DNA of 64,000 nucleotides from Ascoidea asiatica JCM 7603 (lineage: Eukaryota > Fungi > Ascomycota), in assembly GCA_001600695.1 (NCBI GenBank), contig BCKQ01000002.1, positions 765,184 through 829,183 on the forward strand. The letters are read 5' to 3'. Under the pieces are notes generated by a model that was not told the DNA's origin, searched no databases, and saw only the letters and a list, made by a program, of their open reading frames with translations. Below are positions 1-11,532 of the stretch, piece by piece (position 1 is the first letter of the stretch; every line of letters starts with the position of its first letter). The position numbers and the translations under genes were made by a program.

Positions 1-1787
1 CAAAATCGAGATACCTTTTGAGCTTTAAGCTTTAACCAGCGATATCAGCCGAGAAGAACCGTATCCTTGGCTACGAAGAGCATTTGAAGCCATTGACAAT
101 GGGCACTGATAATAAAGAAAAACGTTAATTCTGGTTATCGTTAAGCTAGGGAAGTTGAAATAAAACAGTAGTTACTGGGTTAAACATATAAATTATGGTC
201 ATGATAAATATTTTTCTGTAGAGTAAATAATATACTTGCACATCTTTTTGTAAGTCAATAGGATAACAACACTAGGAGTAAACTAACAATGAATAAGTAC
301 TAAATTCATGAAATCTGTAGGTAAAAATGGGTAGGCATAATATATTATTGTATACATTGTAAGGTTATATAACCTTTACACTAATGTATTCATTACTAAA
401 AAAAAAGACTTTTATTTTTTAGATTTTAACAATTGACCAACAGGGAAGTTGTTAGAAAATGATATTTGTCTTTATTTTAAAATATAAATTATTAGATATT
501 AGTAATTTACTTGGGGAAGTGAAACAGCTGTTTTTCAATTGTATAAATTCAGATAAAAACAAAATCAGTAACATTACTCCAGAATCGGAGAAGCCCTTCA
601 GTAGAGTAAAAAAACTGCCTTTTAAAGGTATTATAAACAACTTTAATGTTACATAATTTCATGTAAGCCTGTATATTTGGTATTTTTCTTTTGAATGAAT
701 TGATATTAAAGAAAATGATTTTTTAATTAAGATCAAGAAATTATATCATAATTGCAATTATTATAATTTGATTGGATAAAAATGCAGATTATTTTTTCAA
801 ATAATGAATTTTAGAAATTGTTGAAGAAACTGAAATAAACTAGGTCATACTAAACTTTAGTATCTCTAGAAACTTTAGTTTATCTTTTATTCTTTATTAT
901 TATTATTTATTTTGGAACAATGGTTATTAAGATATAAAATGCTGATGTAATACGGTAGTTGTTTTTATAGTTAAAGTTAAATTTTAATAACTGGAGGGGG
1001 GCAAATGAGGAAGAATTGAAAATCTTGTGATAATAATTCTGATAATAATGCTGATATTATTAAAAATTAATACAAAAATTCTAATTGAATTCATAAGAAG
1101 ATTATTAAAGAATTCTATTAAAGGTAATCTTCAACGAGAATGATTCAACATTATATGATTAGAATGAATATAATGATGACTATAATAATAATCCAATATA
1201 AAAAACTGTTTTTATACTTTTACCTATTTTGAGTTTCCATGATTGTTTTTTAAACGGTTGAGAGTACTTCATATCACTATTGAATTTCTAATTTGAATAA
1301 AATTTCAAATTCTATATAAAAGATGTTATAAGATTGGAATAAATTTCAAGATATGGCAACAGTGGACATTTTCTATGAATTTGGATAAAGTAGGATAAAT
1401 TTGAATAAATTGGAATGAATTAGAATGAATTGATATGAATTTGGATATCTGTTTGAATTAATTGAGATAGTGCTTATGAAAAAACCAGATATGAAATGAT
1501 TAATACTTTGACAAAGATAAGAGTTCAAAGATTGAAATAGAAATAATGATTTGTGAATAGGAATATAAATTTAAACGATATTAGATTTTATTTGAAAATT
1601 TCACCTAAATGAAATAAATTTGTGTTTAAAATAAATTATACAAGGAGGGTCTGCACTTAAATAAAGGAGGTCCAGAAGTTCAACGAAAAAAAGAGGTTTA
1701 TTGAAGAGGTCTGATAAAATGTCTTATAAGCCACTCTTTAGAGGGCTGCAACTAAAGAGGAAACAGGGTTACAGAAAAGAAGAACAA

Positions 1788-1832
1788 AAGTGAACAGAGG
1801 TGAAGTGAACAGAAGTGAAGTGAACAGAAACA
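1788..1832 (+). repeat. Short purine-rich tandem repeat (~15-nt AAGTGAACAGARGTG x3), followed by A-rich tracts upstream of MRP8
   Basis: Seen directly in sequence. Confidence 0.6.
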
Positions 1833-2351
1833 GAAACAAAAGCGAAATGGAAGGAAAAAGAGAAAAGAATCAAAAAGAAGAGAAAAAAAGAAAAAAAGAA
1901 AAAAAGAAAAGAAAAAAGCAGGCGCGTAGCACAAAGCCAGCTTTGCGGGACATTCCTGTCATTGCATTCTAGATTTCGGTTTGAATGTGCTCAGTGCATG
2001 AGCTGATTGGTTTTGGGTGTTTTGCTTTTAAATTTGGCTCAATTTGCGAAAAAATTAAGAAAGTGAAGTTAATCAATAGTAATATGTTATTCACTTGAAT
2101 GATTCTTTTGTTTACTTTCTAGGCTTCTACACTTTTAAATATCTAAATATCTGAACTTCTGAGTATCTGAGTATTGAAAAATTCAAATCTTTAAGTATTT
2201 AAGAATTCATCTGAAAACCTTAAGCAAATTTTTTCTCTGACTTTTTCTCTGATTTACTTTGTTCTACAATTTCATTTTACTATTAATAAAAAAAGATTTC
2301 TTCCTAAATTTTAAATAAATAAACTATTTCTTTTTTTTCTTTTTTTCATCA

Positions 2352-3212
2352 ATGTCTTCCATCAATCCTCAATCTCAACCACAATCTTCAACTGACTCAA
2401 ACATGAATGCTTTAAAGATATGTCAAGAACTTGCTCAAAAAGTTTCAGCTTTAGAAAGTATAGTTAAAAAACAAAATTCATTGTTATCAAGAACTGGCCA
2501 GCAATTACTTGAAATTCAAAAAGAAAGTCAAGCTGAAAAAATGAAAGTTTTATCATTAAATGATCCAGCAAGTCTATTTTCCCCACAATCTCAATCTCAT
2601 CCACATTCACATTCACAAGCATCTTTTTTAACTCCTCATGAAGGAAATTATGTTACAAATGATGAACTTGTCCAATTAGTAGGAGAATTACAAGGTCAAT
2701 TGGATTACTTAGAAGAAAGATCTATAAGAAGAAATATAAATGCAAATTTAAATTGTCCAACTTTTATACCAGTTTCTTCTTCATCTTTATCACAAAATAA
2801 TTTACAAAATCAAAATCAAACTCAAGATCAAGATCAAAATAGAAATCAAGATCATAATCAAGGTCAAGATCAAAATCAAAATCAAAATCAAGATTATGAA
2901 TATTTGAAAACACAAATGATTTCTCCATTACCAAATATTGATGGTAAAGAACCTGATTTAAAAATATTTCCAAATAATTTATATGAGTTTAACAATATAT
3001 CAATTGATAATATAATTAGACTAATTTTTTTCTATGATTTATTACCTGATTTCTTCAAAAATGATTTTGAAACAATTGATAATGATCAAATAATTGAAGA
3101 ATTTATCCAATTACAAAGAAAAAGTTTTACAACTGATGATTATAATAAATTCTTTGATATTCTTAGTAGATATCTTGGTATTAGATTGAGAAAATCTTTA
3201 AATTCTTGGTAA
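2352..3212 (+). CDS. MRP8: Mrp8-like protein, with an internal Q/N/D low-complexity insert
   Basis: LESIVKKQNSLLSRTGQQLLEIQ, TNDELVQLVGELQGQLDYLEERSIRR, PLPNIDG and C-terminal RYLGIRLR..W match yeast Mrp8 motifs. Confidence 0.85.
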   Translation: MSSINPQSQPQSSTDSNMNALKICQELAQKVSALESIVKKQNSLLSRTGQQLLEIQKESQAEKMKVLSLNDPASLFSPQSQSHPHSHSQASFLTPHEGNYVTNDELVQLVGELQGQLDYLEERSIRRNINANLNCPTFIPVSSSSLSQNNLQNQNQTQDQDQNRNQDHNQGQDQNQNQNQDYEYLKTQMISPLPNIDGKEPDLKIFPNNLYEFNNISIDNIIRLIFFYDLLPDFFKNDFETIDNDQIIEEFIQLQRKSFTTDDYNKFFDILSRYLGIRLRKSLNSW

Positions 3213-3742
3213 TTTATAAAAAAAGTATCCTCTGTTTTAACCTTATTTATATTATATTTTTAATTTCAATTTCTAATTTTAATTTCTGACTCTAATTTCT
3301 GATTCTAATTATTTATTTATTATATTTTCTTAAGTTATATCTATTTTTTCTCATATATTATTATCAGTCTATATTTATATTTTCTTTTTTTTTATTTTCT
3401 TTTGAATAATATTCATTATATTTCATTATACTTTCTTAAATTTTATTATACTACTTAAAACCCTTTCCTTTTCCATTATTTTTTCGGATTTATTTTGTAT
3501 TTTTTAGTAATTATATTATACAACTTTTTCACTTTACTCCTTTTCTTCTTCCTATTTTCCACTTTTTAAATTCAAAACTTTAAACTCTTCTTATTTGTTT
3601 CAAAAAAAACTTGGCGAAATTTTAGCAAATTTCTTTTCTATATAGAGGTAATACATTTCTTTTTTTTAAATATTAAGTCTTAAATAAACTTTATAATGTA
3701 AGAGATTTATAACTATTTATTATTTGCTTTATTTAGCCTCAA

Positions 3743-6214
3743 TCAAAATGAAAGCATAGAATTAAATTCTATTTGATTAGAAACAATAAAATCAAAAATT
3801 CTTAAACTAAATTCAATTTCGGAACCTTCTCCAGTTTCCAAATCAAAATCTTGATTTTTATTTTCATTTTCATATGAATAAATATATTGATCTGGTAAAA
3901 GATTTTTCTGTCTTTCTTTTTCCTCCTCTTCTTCGATTAATTTAATATGCTTTTTGATTTGCTCTTGAAGTTGTATTGCTTGTTGATGAAGAATTGAATT
4001 TTCATTGGTTTTGAAATCTTCAATTTTCAATAGCTTTTTTTGGCTAATTGGAATCAATCTATGAGATGAAAATCTTTCCGTATTTTTTTTATTTTTATCA
4101 TTATTAAAATCCAGTACATCAATTGCATTATAAATTATTGAATTTTTTCTAGATAATAATTTTATAATTTCAATACATTGCTCAAATGGTTCTCTTTTTT
4201 CTGTAAAGCCAATTTTCTTCCATTTTTCTGTTGCAATATATCTAGATAATTTACCAACTACACTTTGAGGTATCAATCCAGTTTTATTTTTTTCAAAAAG
4301 TTTTTGAAAATCATTACAAAATTGAAGAATATCATTTTTAGTAGAAATTTTAATATTTCTATAATTATCATACTTTTTTAAAATTTCTTTAACTTCTGAA
4401 GTAAATTTAATCTCATTTCTATTTTCAATTTTACTTGAATCGATCATGTCACTATTTTCAGCAATCAAATTATAAATCTTGATTAATGACTCTCTTTTTT
4501 TATGGAAAGAATCAGATTCATCCTGCATGTTTATAATATTACTAAGCTCGGGATCAATAACACTGAAATTTTCACTAATAATTTTATTAGAATCAATATC
4601 ATTTCTACTGAAACTTATACTTGAAGGAAAATAATAATTAGAGTTATTTATGTCGTTGGATTCATTCAAAGAATTGGGTAAATCATTACCAGTTTTTGAA
4701 TTTTCTAGATTATCTTGATTTAGAAAAAAATTACTATCCATAGGAAAAATATGAGCACTTTGAAAACTTTTCCTAATATTAGATTTAGAAAAAGCATATT
4801 CTCTAGAAGCTTGATAAAGATAAGAAAAATCATTGTCAGAAATATATTTCAAACCTGTGTTTTTAATCCACTTTTGATAAACAGAAGACAAAGTATCTTT
4901 CAATATCGGAAAACAAAATTGATCCAACGGCTGAACTTTCGAACCATGAGCTGATGGAAGTATTAAAAGATCGATTTGATTAAAAAAACAAAATTCAAAA
5001 AAAGAATATGATAAATTTGTACCCGATCCATCGCATATAAATAATAGTCTTGGGTTTTTGTTACTAGAAGTACTTATTGAATGTTTCAAGGCTAAAGGAT
5101 AGATGTGTTCTTTTAAGAATTTAAGCATTATGTCAGTGGTTAAAAAAGCCTCTTTAGTTTTCTCAAAATTCCAATCCTTGAAGTTTTCATCATTTTGATT
5201 TTGATTATCATAATCTTTTATTAGGGGATCTAAAGGCTCTAAATTTGATTTTGAAACTATAAAGGGTGGAAAAATATATCCATCAGCTGAAATAGACTCA
5301 ATTGCAACTATTTGTTTATCATTTTTCAAGTTAATTTTTAGATTATTTCTAGAATATCTTTTTTTACAAAACTGATCGATGAAACCAATTACATCTATTG
5401 ATTGATCAAAATTTATAATCTGAGAAGGATGATAATTATATTTGGAGATATAATCATTCAATAACTTATAAAAAGGAGCAATAGTTTTAGTCGAAGCGGA
5501 AATATATCTAAAAGATTCTAAATTTGAAATTTTAAATTTTTTTACTAATTTTGAATTTCTTGCTAGAAATTTTCTTCTTAGCCAAGTTTCGGAAGCAAAA
5601 AAAGGTTGAGAAGTAGTAGTATTACTTAAAGTTTCTTTATCCGTTAATAGATTGTCATTTTTATAAAGTAAATAATTTGAATTTAAGTTGGGATTGATAT
5701 TACAACTAGGTACATCTTCTAGATTAAAGCTACCAAGAAAAGAATTATAATTTGAGATTCGTTCATTTACAATTTCATTAACCATATTCAATAAAATATC
5801 AGAAGTTACATAAAATTTAAAGCTTTCACACATTATTATACGTTCACACAATTTTTCTTCTTCATAATTTGATAATAATTGCCTACTCATATTTGATTGA
5901 AATCTAGGTACTCTTTTATCTTTCAATCTATTAGAAAAAGTTTGTCTTGATACATTCAAATTAAATTGTTTTTTAATTTTAGGGAAAGTATAATGAATAT
6001 CAGGATTAGATTTAATGAAAGAAATTGCATTCTGTAATTTATCTTCTTGTTCTTTATATTTTAGTAAATTTTGATTTATTTTGGATCTTGAAGCCAGCTT
6101 AGATTTTGAATTTAACGAAGATTCTGAGGGTGATGTTTTTGGAGATTTCGAAGACTTTGAATTAGCTTTGAAGTTTGGGTTATGTGGATTCAAGGGATGT
6201 ATTCCAATTCCCAT
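3743..6214 (-). CDS. Fot1/pogo-family DDE_1 transposase-like protein with psq and CENP-B-type HTH domains, possibly domesticated
   Basis: N-terminal LQNAI..VSRQTFSNRL and LLSNYEEEKL..SETWLRRKFLAR HTH motifs; NFD.., IESISADG..PPFIV, FICDG and QPLD motifs with 35 residues between the 2nd and 3rd Asp. Confidence 0.85.
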   Translation of the reverse strand: MGIGIHPLNPHNPNFKANSKSSKSPKTSPSESSLNSKSKLASRSKINQNLLKYKEQEDKLQNAISFIKSNPDIHYTFPKIKKQFNLNVSRQTFSNRLKDKRVPRFQSNMSRQLLSNYEEEKLCERIIMCESFKFYVTSDILLNMVNEIVNERISNYNSFLGSFNLEDVPSCNINPNLNSNYLLYKNDNLLTDKETLSNTTTSQPFFASETWLRRKFLARNSKLVKKFKISNLESFRYISASTKTIAPFYKLLNDYISKYNYHPSQIINFDQSIDVIGFIDQFCKKRYSRNNLKINLKNDKQIVAIESISADGYIFPPFIVSKSNLEPLDPLIKDYDNQNQNDENFKDWNFEKTKEAFLTTDIMLKFLKEHIYPLALKHSISTSSNKNPRLLFICDGSGTNLSYSFFEFCFFNQIDLLILPSAHGSKVQPLDQFCFPILKDTLSSVYQKWIKNTGLKYISDNDFSYLYQASREYAFSKSNIRKSFQSAHIFPMDSNFFLNQDNLENSKTGNDLPNSLNESNDINNSNYYFPSSISFSRNDIDSNKIISENFSVIDPELSNIINMQDESDSFHKKRESLIKIYNLIAENSDMIDSSKIENRNEIKFTSEVKEILKKYDNYRNIKISTKNDILQFCNDFQKLFEKNKTGLIPQSVVGKLSRYIATEKWKKIGFTEKREPFEQCIEIIKLLSRKNSIIYNAIDVLDFNNDKNKKNTERFSSHRLIPISQKKLLKIEDFKTNENSILHQQAIQLQEQIKKHIKLIEEEEEKERQKNLLPDQYIYSYENENKNQDFDLETGEGSEIEFSLRIFDFIVSNQIEFNSMLSF

Positions 6215-7068
6215 TTTTGCTTATTCAAATTAACTCCCCTTTTTACTCAATTAACCATAAAGTCATATATAAACTCTTCAATTGTCAACAAGATAGATAG
6301 CCTTGAAGTTTTTCAGCATAATTTAGCAATTGATCTATATCTTGATTGAAATATTATTTGAAGATCATTTCAATAAAAAGTTGTTAAATATGGTGATAGA
6401 TTTAGGTTATTTGAATATTTCAAAACCGCATTTTTCAATTTTTTTTACATGTGATGTAGACTTTAAATCATTCTTGAAAGCCGGTAAAAGCTAAATTTAT
6501 TTCCTTAAAAGGATATTTATCAAAAAGAGTAAAATGTAGGACACTCTTATTGTCCTAAATATTTATTACTAAACAAACCTTAATTATAAATATGCGGGCT
6601 GGTTTGGGTGTGGCGGTTCGGAACAATTTTCAAATATTCTCAACAAATTTCGGGGCATGTTGCGCCACACTTTTTAGTTCTTTTTCACGCCATTTCTTTC
6701 TTGTTTAAGTCTTTATTTGATTTTACCGAAATAAAAGAAACAGTGGTGCTGGAGTAAAATATGTGATAAATCATTGATAACGAAAATTACAAATCGGACC
6801 TGATTTTCTCGCTTAATAATATGATTTACTCAGATTATTATTCCTGAAAATTATAATGATTGTGTTTTGTTCGAAATGAAATAACTTGCAAAGATCTTAC
6901 ATTACTTTTGAATTTTGCAATAAGATTGTATAAATATGGAACAATGATAGATGCTTTATATTAAAATTACTTATAATTATATAGAATTTGATATATAACC
7001 TTATATTGTCGATTTTCTGAAGTTCAATAAGTCGAATATCATCTTTTCCTATTGTGATATTTTTGAAG

Positions 7069-8886
7069 ATGTCTTTTTTAAAAAGGAACATTTCCATCAT
7101 AAATAAATTGCAGAAATCACTTCCAACAAAAAATTGTCTTGAATTATTTTCTCATAGAAGTAATATTACTCGATCTCGAATTTTTTCTAATGAACAACTT
7201 GTAAGGAAATATTCTTCAAAAACACCTCCGTTAAACTCCAATCAAAATAATCCTCCTAAATCAAGTTTTTCTAATAATTATATTAAAAGACGTCCAGTTT
7301 TTAATAAATACTTCTTTCTCGAACTAATTTTATTAATTGGAGGTCTTCAAGCTTCTAAATATATTTACGATAATGTTTATGATTCAGAAAATTTAAATTC
7401 AAATTCATATTCAACTAAAACTTTAGGTAATACCAATTCTCCAAAATATGCTTCAAAAGAAGAAATTGAAAGTGCAATTTTGAAAATTAAAGAAATTGTT
7501 GGATCTGATTATGTTTCAAATTCAGAAAATGAAATTGAATCACATAGGGATTCTTTACAAAATTCATTCAAACCAACTGATTCTGAAAGATCTGATTATA
7601 TAGTTTATCCTTCATCAACTGAAGAAATAATCAAAGTTGTTAAAATTTGTCATTTTTATAAGATTCCAATTGTTCCCTTTTCCGGAGGAACTTCCTTGGA
7701 AGGCCATTTTGTTCCAACAAGAAATGGTATATGTTTGGATTTGCATAGAATGAATAAAATAATAAAATTGAATCAAGATGATTTGGATGTTGTTGTTCAG
7801 CCTGGTTTATCTTGGGAATCGTTAGCTGATCAATTAAAACCATACAACTTGTTTTTTGGTCCTGATCCTGGCCCTGGTGCTCAAATTGGTGGAATGGTTG
7901 CAACTTCATGTTCTGGTACAAATGCTTCAAGATATGGTACAATGAAAGAAAATGTAATTTCTCTAAAAATTGTTTTAGCTGATGGAACATTGATAAAAAC
8001 AAAAAATCGTCCAAGAAAATCTGCAGCTGGTTATAATTTAACTGGTTTATTTGTTAGTAGTGAAGGAACATTAGGTATTTGTGTTGAAGCAACTTTGAAA
8101 TTAAATGTCAAACCAAAACATGAAGTTATTGCTATTTCTTATTTTGATTCTGTTAAAGAAGCATCACAAACTGTATCTGATATTTTTAAATCTGGAATTC
8201 AATTGAATGCAATTGAAATAATGGATTCAAGACAAATGAAATGCGTTAACGTTTGTAAATATACTGATAGAGATTGGGAAGAAAAAAATCTATTAATTTG
8301 TAAAATTGGTGGTCCATCTAAAAATACTTTAAATGATCAAATCAAATTTGTTAAAGAAATATCTCAAAAAAATAATGGCCAGAAATTCGAAATTGGTTCA
8401 GATAAAGATAAAAATGATCAATTATGGTCTGCAAGAAAAACTGGACTTTGGTCTTCAGTTGATTATGGTCGATTAATTGATCCGAATATGCAATATTGGA
8501 CTACTGATGTAGCTGTTCCTGTATCAAGATTACCTGATGTTATTGAAGAAACTGTCAATGATATTGAAGATTCCGGATTACATACAGCTGTTTTAAGTCA
8601 TGCAGGTGATGGAAATTTTCATGCAATTATAATGTTTCCTCCAAATAAAGAACATATTGCAACTCAAGTTTTACATAGAATGACTAAAAGAGCAATCGAT
8701 AATGAAGGAACAGTTTCTGGTGAACATGGAGTTGGATTAAGTAAAAGAGATTTTTTGACTGATGAATTAGGTCAAGAAACAATTGATACAATGAGAAGTA
8801 TAAAATTTGCATTGGATCCTTTATGTATTTTCAATCCTGATAAAGTATTTAAAATTGATCCTTTGGATACAAAAGCAAGTCATTAA
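7069..8886 (+). CDS. DLD1: Mitochondrial D-lactate dehydrogenase (cytochrome), FAD-linked oxidase
   Basis: PFSGGTSLEGH, GPDPGPGAQIGGM, RPRKSAAGYNL, HAGDGNFH and GEHGVG motifs; first ATG at 7069 (track starts at GTG 7054); basic presequence. Confidence 0.93.
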   Translation: MSFLKRNISIINKLQKSLPTKNCLELFSHRSNITRSRIFSNEQLVRKYSSKTPPLNSNQNNPPKSSFSNNYIKRRPVFNKYFFLELILLIGGLQASKYIYDNVYDSENLNSNSYSTKTLGNTNSPKYASKEEIESAILKIKEIVGSDYVSNSENEIESHRDSLQNSFKPTDSERSDYIVYPSSTEEIIKVVKICHFYKIPIVPFSGGTSLEGHFVPTRNGICLDLHRMNKIIKLNQDDLDVVVQPGLSWESLADQLKPYNLFFGPDPGPGAQIGGMVATSCSGTNASRYGTMKENVISLKIVLADGTLIKTKNRPRKSAAGYNLTGLFVSSEGTLGICVEATLKLNVKPKHEVIAISYFDSVKEASQTVSDIFKSGIQLNAIEIMDSRQMKCVNVCKYTDRDWEEKNLLICKIGGPSKNTLNDQIKFVKEISQKNNGQKFEIGSDKDKNDQLWSARKTGLWSSVDYGRLIDPNMQYWTTDVAVPVSRLPDVIEETVNDIEDSGLHTAVLSHAGDGNFHAIIMFPPNKEHIATQVLHRMTKRAIDNEGTVSGEHGVGLSKRDFLTDELGQETIDTMRSIKFALDPLCIFNPDKVFKIDPLDTKASH

Positions 8887-9589
8887 AGGTTATTTGTGAA
8901 AGTAATTTGCTCAAGTATTTATGTTCCTTATCACGAGTTTTAGAAATATTATATTTTCTTACATTTAGATAATCTTTTTAAAAATTTTTATAGATATAAA
9001 ATTTGTCATATCTCAATAGAAAATAAATAGAAAGTCATGAATTAAAACCCATTATTATAAAATGCAAAATGTAAACAAAAAAGTGCAGGACCTGTTTGAA
9101 AAATCAAAATGATTAAATTTTTCTTTCTAATTCTCGAGCTGTATATATTTTTCTATTTTAGTTTTTTTTTCCAATAAAAGGGCCCAAAAAGGAAAATACA
9201 ACTACAGATATAATCATTAGAGTTTAGCATGTTTTAGCAGAGATCTACCGATTTTAAGCAAAAATTTATCTTTACAAAAGAAGCAAATTTGAAAACCAAA
9301 AGTTTTGAAATTTTATTTGAAGAAAAGCACACCTATTAATGTCTATACACATGATTCAAGACAATTAACTTTGAGCTGAAAAAAAAAATAATTAGTATAT
9401 CATTAGTCAGGAGCATAAATATTGAAAGGAAATATTGGGAAAAGGATTCTTTCATGATAAACTTTTAAGGGGTTCAACTTTTCTTAATAATGTGATTTCA
9501 ATAACGAGTGAGTGTATTGTTTAATAAATAGCCTAATTTGAAATTAATTATTATCTGAACTTAATTTAACTTTATATTTGAATTTAACT

Positions 9590-10009
9590 TCAATTTTCAT
9601 GTTTATTTATCTCATTAGCCATTTCGCAAACTGCAGAATGAATAAGATAAATACTTATTGATATATCATTAAAAGAACCAACAAATAAGAAATATTTTGA
9701 TCTTGCAGTTGCAATACCATAATTTTTATTAAAATTTGGTAATAAATCTTGTGGTAAAGTACAAGCCATATGACCTCTACCAGCAATTAAAAAATCATAA
9801 TGACGATTTAAAACAGAAAGACCAGTATATTGAAAAGTATATGGATCATTTATTGCCATTAAAATATTTTGAACTTCATTACGAGATAATCTAATTGAGC
9901 AACCTTCGGCAACTGGACGACAAGTATGAATATCATAAATTGAAACAGTTCCACCAGGCTGACTATATTCAAGAGTATCGACTAAAAATTGTGCAAATGT
10001 TTGATCCAT
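9590..10009 (-). CDS. Divergent profilin-like protein
   Basis: 139 aa; aligns by eye along yeast profilin (SIYD; LSRNEVQNILMAINDP..FQYTGLSVLNRHYDFL; GIATARSKYFLFVG; AVCEMANEI). Confidence 0.7.
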   Translation of the reverse strand: MDQTFAQFLVDTLEYSQPGGTVSIYDIHTCRPVAEGCSIRLSRNEVQNILMAINDPYTFQYTGLSVLNRHYDFLIAGRGHMACTLPQDLLPNFNKNYGIATARSKYFLFVGSFNDISISIYLIHSAVCEMANEINKHEN

Positions 10010-10874
10010 TATTATTTTGATATTTTTTTCAGATAATATTTTTAAAAAAAAAATTGATGAAGCCTAGTAATATTATTAGTGAGTGATTTAATGAATGAAT
10101 TATTCAATGAATTATTGAAATGAAATATTGAAATAAGTGATGTTTTAGTCGAATAGTCCAATAGATATATATAAAAAAAAAAGATTTAGTTAATGTACAC
10201 AACTAAAAAAGGGACTTTTTTACGACTCTAAATGATTTGTCTATATTTGTTTGCTTTCTTATTTAGAATAAAAACTCCATTAAAAAATAAAATAGTCTTA
10301 TTATAGCTTGAATTTTATACCGAATGTGTTGTTTAACAAAGAAACTAATTGAAAGTTTGACTCTTATTTTCAAATAGAGAAATGTATATTGATGTTTAAA
10401 TTGATTGAAATTGAATTAAGTTGTTTTAAAGTGAAAAAAAAAATAAGATAAGAAATATTTGTAATTTCCCGATTTTCTAAATAGCACAAGGGTTATGGAA
10501 AAGATTAACTCAATTAAAGATATATGAAATACCAAAGGATTTAAGTTATTTATCCAAGCTTGATACAATTAAAAATATGGTTGAGTTGTGACAAAAAGGA
10601 ATTAAAAGACTTAAAATAAATATATATCTCTTCAATATTACGGTATTCAGTGTTGTAAAATCAGTGAATTTGAGTTCTAAACTTTTTGAAGACAATTTTT
10701 GAAAAAAAATTTGAAAAGTGAAAAGCTTTGGAACAAACGAATTAGGAAATAGTGCCAGAATGTTGGTCTTTAACTTTTAATTTTTTTAAATTTCTAATAT
10801 GTGCACCTGTATTTGTAGCTATATGACCTAGATAAAGTTTAGATTTCATTTGGCGTCCTGTTTTTAATTGATAA

Positions 10875-10880
10875 ACGCGT
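10875..10880. promoter_or_regulatory. MCB (MBF) element ACGCGT upstream of RFA3
   Basis: Exact ACGCGT ~170 bp upstream of a replication gene; RFA genes are MBF targets in yeasts. Confidence 0.7.
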
Positions 10881-11047
10881 TAAAAACAAAGGGAAATTAA
10901 ATATAAATTATTTTTGATAATATTCAAATATTCAGAAATAAAATATTATCAATTCATCAATATATCAAATAATTTCTAATATAATCTAATCAATCAATTG
11001 AAATATATAAATATAATCATTAAGTCGTTAAATTGTTTGTTTCAAAA

Positions 11048-11392
11048 ATGGCAGAAAGAACACCAAGAGTAAATCAACCATTATTACATGAATTCAAAAA
11101 TAAAGTAGTTAGAATTATTGGAAAATTAACTGAATTAAAATCATTAAATAAAGGTGTATTGTATAGTTCAGGTAATATAAATATAAATATACCACAAAAC
11201 TTAAAATTTGAAGTTGGACAATATTATGAAATAACTGGAAAAGTTTTAGAAGATTTAAGTATTAATACATTTGATAGAGTTTGTTTTTTTAATGAAGATG
11301 ATCCAAATGGTGAAAAAATTGAAATTAATGAAAATGCAGTTAATAGTTTAGTTAAATTTTGTCATAAATTTCCTGAAGTATTTTACGCATAA
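11048..11392 (+). CDS. RFA3: Replication protein A subunit 3 (RPA14)
   Basis: MAERTPRVN..VRIIGK, YEITGKV and C-terminal HKFPEVF; ATG at 11048 in AAA context. Confidence 0.88.
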   Translation: MAERTPRVNQPLLHEFKNKVVRIIGKLTELKSLNKGVLYSSGNININIPQNLKFEVGQYYEITGKVLEDLSINTFDRVCFFNEDDPNGEKIEINENAVNSLVKFCHKFPEVFYA

Positions 11393-11532
11393 TAAATATT
11401 ACATATTTATATTTTATATTTATATTTATATTTGTATGTATATATATATATATGTTTCTAATGTTGTATATCATTGTTTTCTATATATAGAGAGATATAT
11501 TTAATTGAATAAAGATTTTTTTTTTTTTTTCA

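Noticed and set aside
1-130. GC-richer stretch with a 22-codon minus-strand ORF (MASNALRSQGYGSSRLISLVKA)
   Set aside because: No long open frame; no recognisable ncRNA or uORF family; truncated at the window edge
452-1972. 60-65 aa ORFs at 452, 459, 1752 and 1790
   Set aside because: Low-complexity or A-tract derived, some with non-ATG starts; promoter DNA
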